Source: Candidatus Nealsonbacteria bacterium DGGOD1a (GTDB lineage Bacteria; Patescibacteriota; Minisyncoccia; Minisyncoccales; UBA5738). Taken from it: DNA of 64,000 nucleotides. Every line of letters starts with the position of its first letter. Positions within the stretch are counted from its first letter, which is position 1. Of this stretch, positions 46,601-53,300 are shown one piece after another. Under the pieces are notes generated by a model, which saw only the letters and a program-made list of their open reading frames with translations, was not told the DNA's origin and searched no databases. Location of the stretch: the NCBI GenBank assembly GCA_022530585.1, contig CP092821.1:753931-817930 (forward strand), given 5' to 3'. The translations under genes were made by a program, and so were the position numbers.

Positions 46601-49600
46601 GTAATCATCCCGCCAACACCAGCGGCGTAAGCCGTATCATCGCTCGCAACAATACTTGAACCGCTCGCGCCACTGGTCACCGTAGCGTGAGAATCAAGCC
46701 TACCAAGGGGTCCCGTCGTGCCAATGCCCACATTGCCGGTACTTGAAATTCTCATCCATTCTGTATTACCAGCATACAATTTAAAATCACCCGAAGCATA
46801 TGTGCTCCCAACTTGAAAACCATTAGAACCTATCCCCATAACGCCAGATGAATTTAAGTAGGCACCACCTCCCGTAGCATAAACAGCGGCAGAAGCCATA
46901 ATAGCTCCCACTACATCTAATTCACGTGTCGGTGCCGTCGTGCCGATGCCCACTCTTCCCGCGAAGGTGGAAGTGGCGCTGGCGTTAAATGTGCCGTTCA
47001 CATCCAGCGTGTATCCCGGCGCGGTCGTCCCGATACCTACATTGCCGGTGCTCGGGTCAAACACAATGCCCGCGGTTGAGGTGGCATTCCCGACACGGAA
47101 CCCTCCGTTCACATCCAGCGTGTATCCCGGCGCAATCGTCCCGATACCGACATTGCCCGTACTATCGATTCGTACTTGTTCCACCCCCTTAGGCAAGAAA
47201 CTTATATATCCGTCTGTTGCTGAACTATGTGTTTTAAGGCTCAATTTATTATAACCTTGCGCAGTCAATTCATTATTTACATCACTGCCAATATAAGTAT
47301 TTACTGTGTTGTAATACACTTTATTCGTACTACCCCCCACTCTAACATCTCCGACTACCTGTAAAGCTGTGACCGGCGTCGTCGTCCCGATACCCACTCT
47401 TCCCGCGAAGGTGGAAGTGGCACTGGCGTTAAATGTGCCGTTCACATCCAATGTGTATCCGGGACTGGTCGTGCCGATCCCCACATTGCCGGAACTGTCA
47501 ATGCGCACCTGTTCCGTATTGTTTGACACAAGAGAAAAATAACCATTCGCCGCAAGATTTCCAACTTTGAGATTTGTTAAAACACCGCTCCCAGAGTTTG
47601 TATAAACACTTCCCGTTGTTCTTATAGTCCCAGCGACATCCAACGCTTGGCTTGGCGTTGTCGTGCCGATGCCCAGCCGGCTGTTTTCGTCATCCCAATA
47701 CATTCCGTTAAACGCGGTCCACGCGCCGTTGTTGTTGTAGAGCAGTTGGCCTTCGGTACCGACGGGCAAAGTGCCGCCCGCGGTAAGATTGACGCCGTTC
47801 CAAACCAAATTGCCCGAAACATTGTAGAGCTTGTTGGCGATATCCGCGGGCGCGGTGGTCTGCGCCAAGCGCAACCGCCCGTTCACATCCAACAGCTCCG
47901 CCGGACTGGTTGTTCCAACCCCGAAATAACCGGCGGTAACATATGTATTTCCGGTTCCGTTGGGCGTAATGGCAATACCGCCATTTAAAACCGTGGTTGT
48001 AATGCTTGGCGTTGAAATTCCGTCCGATAAAATCACCGGCGAATTATCGGTAGTTCTAAATGTCTTTTCTCCCGTAAGAATAATATTGCCTTTAAGACGA
48101 ATCTGCCCCCCGCCGGACGGCGTCGGATTAAGTTCGATATCTCCGTCACCGGTAGTTTGTAAAATTAAATTTTGGTCGATATCGGCCGAAACCACAACAC
48201 TGTCGGCCAAATCGGTTTGCAATACTTTTTGCCCATCCACATAAATAGAGCCCGGTCCGACATATATGCTTTCCCAAAAATTTGTTGGGGAGCCAAGGGA
48301 ATAAGTGTCATCGGCCGACGGTACGATATTGCCTGATATAGCCATGTTTCCGGCAACATCAAGCTTTTCCGCCGGACTCGCTGTCCCGATGCCCACATTG
48401 CCGGTGCTCGGGTCAAACACAATGCCCGCGGTTGAAGTGGCATTGCCCGCCCGGAACCCGCCGTTCACATCCAAAGTGTATCCCGGGCTGGCCGTACTAA
48501 TGCCCACATTACCGCTACTATTTTGGATATATAACCTATCTGCCGCTCCAGCATAAAGGCTCAAATCTTTTGCCGCTGTAGTACCAACAGCTATGGCTGA
48601 CCCTGATGCCGAAAGAACATAATTTCCATTGACTCTATAATTAGAGGAGTTTGTTGTTCCACTAACATCAAGCGCATACCCCGGACTCGTCGTGCCGATA
48701 CCTAACCGGCTGTTGGTATCATCCCAATGCAGGCCGGAGAACGCGGTCCACGCGCCGGCGTTGTTGTAGAGCAGTTGGCCTTCCGCGCCCGAAGGCAGGG
48801 CGCCGCCCGCGGTGAGGTTAACGCCGTTCCATAAGAGGTTGCCCGAAACATTGTAGAGCTTGTCGGCAATCGTTTCCGGCGCGGTGGTCTGCGCCAACCG
48901 CAACCGCCCATTCACATCCAACAACTCCACCGGACTCGTCGTGCCAATCCCCACATTGCCGGCACTATTGATAGTTACACCTGAAGATAATGAACCCGCC
49001 GTCCCAAGGTACATTCTGTCATCAAGATTATAATAAAATATATTTCCTCTTGCTATGACATCTTTGTCACCAAATTGAATACCCGCAACACCAGCCGTCC
49101 CAGCGCTAGAACCTTCACCTGCAAGTATTGCAAATATAGAATTAGAATCAGCTGTAGCATTACTTTGGAATATACCAACTTGACTTCCAAGAGTCGGAAT
49201 AGTGCCTGAAGTTAAAACCGCATGGAATGGGCGTTGTGGCGCAGTTGTTCCAACACCAACATTGCCATTGTTCAAAACCACCAAGCCTGTTCCGGACGAA
49301 CCCCCGATCTGCGCGACGGTTGAGGTGGAAGTATCCGCCCCGACCACATGCAATCTCGAAGACGGGCTCGTCGTGCCGATGCCCACATTGCCAGTGCTAT
49401 CAATTCTCATTCCCTCCACCAAACTTCCAGAAGAATTGCCATAAGATAATTGGAGATAACCTGCCGGATTGCCGGATGTAGAGTTTTCCTTGCGGCCCGC
49501 AATCGCGCCGAAACCGGCCAGAGTAGTCCCAAAATAAGATCCACCCATAGTTAACGAACCGCCTTTATTGATACCCATGGCGCCGTTGGAAGTTAACAAC

Positions 49601-50217
49601 GCGGTTCCCCATGAATCGGTAACTTGGTTTTGGCCGTTAACATGCAACAGGCTTAGGGGTGCGCCCGGATAGCTGTTCGGCGCGGCCGTGCCGATACCCA
49701 CATTGCCGGAAGGATCAATGCGCAGGCGTTCGGCCCAGCTTCCCGCGTTCCTTGTTGAAAACGCCAGCGCGCCGCTTTGCGCTCCATCCGCATGGCTCAC
49801 GCCCACCAAATCAATGCCGGCGACGGTTTGCACCGCGCCGCTTAAATTCGCCTGCCCGAAAGCAAGGCCAATGGTATTGTTGGCGGTGGTATCGGTATTC
49901 ACGATCCCCAGCAAACTCGCGTCGCCCACATCCGTGCTGGAATTTGCCCCGGCAACATTAAACTTGTAATTCGGCGTCGTCGTCCCAATCCCCAGACGGC
50001 TGGTGGCATCGTCCCAATACATTCCGTCAAACGCGGTCCACGCGCCGGCGTTGTTGTAGAGCAGTTGACCCTCCGCGCCCGAAGGCAAAGCGCCGCCCGC
50101 GGTGAGATTAACGCCGTTCCAAACCAAATTGCCCGAAACATTGTAGAGCTTGTCGGCAATCGTTTCCGGCGCGGTGGTCTGCGCCAACCGCAACCGCCCG
50201 TTCACACGCCGTTCCAA
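40660..50217 (-). CDS. C-terminal 3,185-codon part of a giant tail-fibre-like surface protein (GNVGIGTT-repeat fibre, Hep_Hag-like stretch, S74 intramolecular chaperone domain, acidic tail)
   Basis: There is no ATG start: the first start-like codon is the TTG at 50217, inside the duplicated 95-bp segment. The ORF contains 7 copies of the ~95-aa module ...AELLDVNGRLRLAQTTAPETIADKLYNVSGNLVWNGVNLTAGGALPSGAEGQLLYNNAGAWTAF..WDD..SRLGIGTT.P. It ends with the SSDIRLKINIG...GMIAQEVQAVMPELV signature. Confidence 0.85.
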   Translation of the reverse strand: MERRVNGRLRLAQTTAPETIADKLYNVSGNLVWNGVNLTAGGALPSGAEGQLLYNNAGAWTAFDGMYWDDATSRLGIGTTTPNYKFNVAGANSSTDVGDASLLGIVNTDTTANNTIGLAFGQANLSGAVQTVAGIDLVGVSHADGAQSGALAFSTRNAGSWAERLRIDPSGNVGIGTAAPNSYPGAPLSLLHVNGQNQVTDSWGTALLTSNGAMGINKGGSLTMGGSYFGTTLAGFGAIAGRKENSTSGNPAGYLQLSYGNSSGSLVEGMRIDSTGNVGIGTTSPSSRLHVVGADTSTSTVAQIGGSSGTGLVVLNNGNVGVGTTAPQRPFHAVLTSGTIPTLGSQVGIFQSNATADSNSIFAILAGEGSSAGTAGVAGIQFGDKDVIARGNIFYYNLDDRMYLGTAGSLSSGVTINSAGNVGIGTTSPVELLDVNGRLRLAQTTAPETIADKLYNVSGNLLWNGVNLTAGGALPSGAEGQLLYNNAGAWTAFSGLHWDDTNSRLGIGTTSPGYALDVSGTTNSSNYRVNGNYVLSASGSAIAVGTTAAKDLSLYAGAADRLYIQNSSGNVGISTASPGYTLDVNGGFRAGNATSTAGIVFDPSTGNVGIGTASPAEKLDVAGNMAISGNIVPSADDTYSLGSPTNFWESIYVGPGSIYVDGQKVLQTDLADSVVVSADIDQNLILQTTGDGDIELNPTPSGGGQIRLKGNIILTGEKTFRTTDNSPVILSDGISTPSITTTVLNGGIAITPNGTGNTYVTAGYFGVGTTSPAELLDVNGRLRLAQTTAPADIANKLYNVSGNLVWNGVNLTAGGTLPVGTEGQLLYNNNGAWTAFNGMYWDDENSRLGIGTTTPSQALDVAGTIRTTGSVYTNSGSGVLTNLKVGNLAANGYFSLVSNNTEQVRIDSSGNVGIGTTSPGYTLDVNGTFNASATSTFAGRVGIGTTTPVTALQVVGDVRVGGSTNKVYYNTVNTYIGSDVNNELTAQGYNKLSLKTHSSATDGYISFLPKGVEQVRIDSTGNVGIGTIAPGYTLDVNGGFRVGNATSTAGIVFDPSTGNVGIGTTAPGYTLDVNGTFNASATSTFAGRVGIGTTAPTRELDVVGAIMASAAVYATGGGAYLNSSGVMGIGSNGFQVGSTYASGDFKLYAGNTEWMRISSTGNVGIGTTGPLGRLDSHATVTSGASGSSIVASDDTAYAAGVGGMITFTGKYTSGGSFLDGAPYIRGYKVNATDGDYSFGLKFGTRNNGESAATRMTIDNLGNVGIGTTSPAELLDVNGRLRLAQTTAPETIADKLYNVSGNLVWNGVNLTAGGALPSGAEGQLLYNNAGAWTAFSGLHWDDTNSRLGIGTTSPEYTLQVGTGFAAGATGSINVVGAITAKTSSLGGFAGAQLLTGQLQLGSGSALADVIIARQSNGDLSFSASSTEAMRISSAGNVGIGTTSPGNPLEVVRGAAGAETTILQLRSNFATANTATTLKFTNSATTGAGYGSSELTSLRESGGGTVFMLKTGKTDGSMSERLRIDNSGNVGIGTTSPAEMLDVNGRLRLAQTTAPETIVDRLYNVSGNLVWNGVNLTAGGALPSGAEGQLLYNNAGAWTAFSGLYWDDTNSRLGIGTTEPLGQLHVVNNGTTAQIGVDTYSNIASAGSQFFFRRYGGTVSEPLALSTGDRMGFFGWGGWDGTALANNAGIFGYAAESFTTSAHGVYIGFETTALGSTSRTEKLRLNSTGGLSLGNGYVGTDPGAGSMIIQGNVGIGITSPAATLHVAAPSTTAASLTWGATAGTIFRSEGSELAMGLLNASPYPYWIQARTSGNTTRDIALQPLGGNVGIGTTTPGSTLHVNNTAVTDTTLLTLESDINNVGEYNQLLFKVVNGFSYGAIRNYISASGKGSLAFFGGGDSGITSEIVRMDGSTGNVGIGTTSPAELLDVNGRLRLAQTTAPATTTDKLYNVSGNLVWNGVNLTAGGALPSGAEGQLLYNNAGAWTAFDGMYWDNATNRLGIGTTAPGDKLDVAAGNLDLDNTTNTNQFGMITKNGAIFLHNFEYGNNGIVTPSGDNLFLGSGAGNLTTGSTASNVNQSSFLVGIGSSSLRDNTTGYNNIAVGRYSLRYNTSGYYNTALGTNSLLNNTTGAYNSAFGNNAGRYISDGSDNNKTSGYSIYLGTNTKALADGDTNEIVIGYNATGAGSDSVVLGNDSITKTILKGNIGIGTTTPAELLDVNGRLRLAQTTAPETIVDRLYNVSGNLVWNGVNLTAGGALPSGAEGQLLYNNAGAWTAFDGMYWDDTNSRLGIGTTTPNYKFNVAGANSSTDIGDASLLGIVNTDTTANNTIGLAFGQANLSGAVQTVAGIDLVGVSHADGAQSGALAFATRNAGSWDERLRIDSSGNVGIGTTSPVQKLDVVGTIYSRAATTIGQTVEQIRMGRSDSDVRYNSIYSNGLQGGGGAANNMQFRVHDGGVAPFTGQTTVMTLLGNGNVGIGTTSPAAGYKLDVAGNINSAQTVNQETYPSINASQTASDLQDGSAFTGTDATMATMYQAVQFTASDAHTMGDFTVRVKESADITNTTATLTGYIYADDGGSPSKPTGAALATGNSVKFGTLTTSYQILSMGTSYTMVSGTKYWLVLKYSAAPTGGNIILDSDASSNMGATSADGASWTNTDVRLRYVIRGRTYYAGNFFSTNSYGVRGGSTNSFGVYGNSTNSYGIYGSSTNNYGIYGLSANNVGVYGGSTNGYGVYGNSTNSFGVYGGSTNGIAGYLSINPATTDTVAEVLRLRRQTSGTAADGIGGLINFYAEDSAGTDELTGRIGNLLTTATSGSETSALTFWTRTGGAAIAERLRIDGAGNVGIGTLAGEGNRAVYSDADGVLTNSSSDIRLKINIGSIADEMDVIGNLSKLRGIYYNWDTSLDAAKNLGAQREIGMIAQEVQAVMPELVGQNASGYLSLDYPKFTAYLLEVAKAQQSRIDNISLQLTEQGLINSTTTVDSAEESENSLLAKVRNILESLGLAIYDGAASLRRVVVETFSAKTARVEQLEMVDKATGEVYCTWIENGVWEKTEGACGDEPAQNTGSSESPETGSAAGNLENNNGQSSNEGDPAPAGDSVENTGSSDSADDEEGAAEDENDKSDAASEAAQETIDPAADGEELEEEETADDTVSEEVSGEEVSGEEVSEEEISESVGGSEDVSESGESL
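41329..41628 (-). other. peptidase-S74 / intramolecular-chaperone auto-cleavage domain coding region
   Basis: SSDIRLKINIGSIADEMDVIGNLSKLRGIYYNWDTSLDAAKNLGAQREIGMIAQEVQAVMPELVGQNASGYLSLDYPKFTAYLLEVAKAQQSRI. This matches the S-D-x-R-x-K ... G-x-I-A-Q-E-V ... P-E-L-V pattern of endosialidase and tail-spike C-terminal chaperones. Confidence 0.8.
41978..42207 (-). repeat. ~9.5 tandem 24-bp units encoding the octapeptide repeat (S/N)STN(S/G/N)(Y/F)GVYG
   Basis: Protein: STNSYGVRGGSTNSFGVYGNSTNSYGIYGSSTNNYGIYGLSANNVGVYGGSTNGYGVYGNSTNSFGVYGGSTNG. The plus-strand DNA unit is GTTCGTGGAA..GCCGTAAACGCC.AAGCT. Confidence 0.85.
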
Positions 50218-50300
50218 ACCAAATTGCCCGAAACATTGTAGAGCTTGTCGGCAATCGTTTCCGGCGCGGTGGTCTGCGCCAACCGCAACCGCCCGTTCAC
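50111..50300 (-). repeat. perfect 95-bp tandem duplication (50111-50205 = 50206-50300) at the junction of the two giant ORFs
   Basis: Both copies read ACGCCGTTCCAAACCAAATTGCCCGAAACATTGTAGAGCTTGTCGGCAATCGTTTCCGGCGCGGTGGTCTGCGCCAACCGCAACCGCCCGTTCAC. AC dinucleotide microhomology lies at the boundaries. Confidence 0.95.
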
Positions 50301-53300
50301 ATCCAACAGCTCCGCCGGACTCGTCGTGCCGATGCCCACATTGCCGGTGCTATCAACACGCACCCGTTCATTGCCGGCGGTGCTTAAAGTAATATAGCCA
50401 TCAGTATGGGTTGCCGCATTGCCAGATGACAGAGTTAAAGGATAGGCACCGGTGGCGGTGGCAGAACCAAAGCTATATTTAGCTCTATTAAAATTGGTCA
50501 TATAAACCCCCCTGTTCGTTCCGCTCATCACCAGATCATTAGTTACTATATAAGCATTAGAACTTATCGTACCAGCAACATCTAATTTCACAGAAGGCGC
50601 CGTCGTGCCGATGCCGACATTGCCGGTGCTTGGGTCAAACACAATGCCCGCGGTTGAAGTGGCGTTCCCGACGCGAAACCCGCCGTTCACATCCAGCGTG
50701 TATCCCGGACTCGTCGTGCCGATGCCGACATTGCCGGCACTATTAATTCTCATACGCTCAGCATTGCCTGCCGCAACACCTATCGTTGGCGTAGTGACAA
50801 AAGAAATCAAAGTCGGAGCTGGAAGCGACCCACCCACCGTACCACCAAAATAAAGTTCATCTCTTGACGCATCGCGACTATCAGCGGATAAAACGGAAAT
50901 ATTGTAAGTATTGTCATAAGAAGGAATTGCAATACGCCCAAGTTTTCTAACATTTGCCGATAAAGTAGTCGTATTCAAATCCGCCCCAATTAAAATGCCA
51001 CCGGTAGCGCTTCCAGATTGCAAAGTAGTAATACCAAGCACATTTAACTTTGAAGAGGGTTCCGTCGTCCCGATGCCCACATTGCCGGTGCTCGGGTCAA
51101 ACACAATGCCCGCGGTTGAAGTGGCGTTCCCGACGCGGAAACCGCCGTTCACATCCAGCGCATACCCGGGACTGGTCGTGCCAATGCCCAGGCGCGAGTT
51201 GGTATCATCCCAATACATTCCGGAGAACGCGGTCCACGCGCCATTGTTGTTGTAGAGCAGTTGGCCTTCCGCGCCCGAAGGCAGGGCGCCGCCCGCGGTG
51301 AGATTCACGCCGTTCCAAACCAAATTGCCCGAAACATTATAGAGCTTGTCGGCAATCGTTTCCGGCGCGGTGGTCTGCGCCAACCGCAACCGCCCGTTCA
51401 CATCCAGCAACTCCGCCGGACTCGTCGTCCCGATCCCGACATTGCCGGAATTTGATACGATAAATTTCACGGCATTGGCCGAATTATCCAATCTGAAAAT
51501 GCTTTTGGCGACCGCCATCGCGGCGCCGGCGTTATCGTTTGAAAAAACAGAATCCACCGTTAACGACGAATTGCTTGCTATCGAAACAACGGTTTTGGTT
51601 TCTCCACCAACGGTAATGTTGTCTCCGATACCAACTTGCGTTGTAAAATATGAACTCGTTCCGGCAACAATAGCGGAGCCCGCGCTGGTCGCCACCGTTC
51701 CGGAAGCGTTAAAACCGGCGGGAGCTTTAGCCGTCAATCTTGATAATTTTGTTGAAATCCCCCCAATGCCGATACTGCCGTCATCGCCAATAAATAATCT
51801 GGAAGTATTTGCGGTTGATCCGCTTGGAGTGGTGTAAATATTATACGAAGTTCCATGGCCGGCGGCAGTCCAATCTTCAGTAGTTTTGGCAATGGCAAAC
51901 GCGCCCCGGCCGTAAGCGGAACCATCCCAGCCGTAGAAATTATGATAACCCAGCTCCGCGCCGGTAAGCGCCGCGCCATCTATATCGCTTGGGTTCCCTC
52001 GTTTATATGTGTTAAGACCATTGGCATAATTACTCTGCGTCCAAAAATATAAATTGAGATATCCGTTGGAATTTTTTGATCCGAATTTTCCTCTGGAAGC
52101 GACTTGAAGCTCGCCGCCGCTCGTGATCTTGAATCTTTCGTTGTCTTCGCCGTCGTCAGCCACAAACAAATCCGCGCTGTCAAAATAAGCGGTCAGGCCG
52201 GAAGCGGTTTCCCCCAAATATCTGCCGGAAATATAAAGATGGGTATCGTCGGTAATTGAAGCAACTCCGAATGTTTCCGTCCCGATTTTAATCGCGTCCC
52301 CTTCCTCCAATTCGCTGGTGAACAATGTTCCGGTTCCCGTCACCAACGCTTGCCCGGTCCCTATCGCCACCGTGCCGGTAAGAGTGGAAAATGATTTTCC
52401 CTTAAGGTTGAGAATCGTCTTCGGACTGCTCGTGCCAATCCCCACATTGCCGGCGAAATAGCCATTGCCGTCGCGGTCAACGAAAAACTTCTGAACTCCG
52501 GCGACGCCAACGCCCAAAAGCGGCGCGCCGGCAATGGCGCTGGAAGGATTTATCAAAACGCTGGATTGGGCAAAATCGGTCGACAGCGGCTGGTAAGTGA
52601 ACACCGCCTGCCCCGAAGTTGACATTCCGGAAGTGTTGATGTTGGCGACATAGATATCGTTGAAGCGGTGCGCGGCGTCGCCCAAACTCGCGCCCAAATC
52701 GGTTGCCGGAGAAATATCCCCTGAAGATGATATTCCGGCCAGCACCGCTTTGCCGTCGGAATCAATCGAAGACACCACATTACCCCCCGAATCCGCGATC
52801 TGGAATTGGTAGGTGCCGGCGTCATCGCCAAGAACCACCCGGGCGCCGCCGCCGGTGGTGAGTTTCAAAAGATTCGCGGTTTCATTGTCGATCGATTCCG
52901 CGCCGGCGCCGAAATTCAGCCGGCCGCCGGAAACCGTGATGTCGCCGGACAACCGGATGTCGCCGGTCGCGTCAACCGCGTATGTCCCATCGGCCAGTTT
53001 GGCCGCGGTGGCGCCGTTCACCGCGTATAATGCTTGCGTCCCATCGGCGATATCCACCGTGGTCGTGCCGTCGGTAATTTGAGTTTTTCCGCCCGCGCCG
53101 GCTTGCAAAATTAAATCTTTGCTCGCGCCCGTGGTAATCCGGCCGGCATCGACAAACGACAGTTGGCCGCTTTCCAAAGTCGTGGACGCCACATCCAGCT
53201 TGCCCGCGGCGTAGATGTCATACCATCTTTGAGACGAGCTTCCCAAATCATAACCCAATGTTGAATCAACGAACGGAACGATGCTGGCGGCGTTGTCCGT

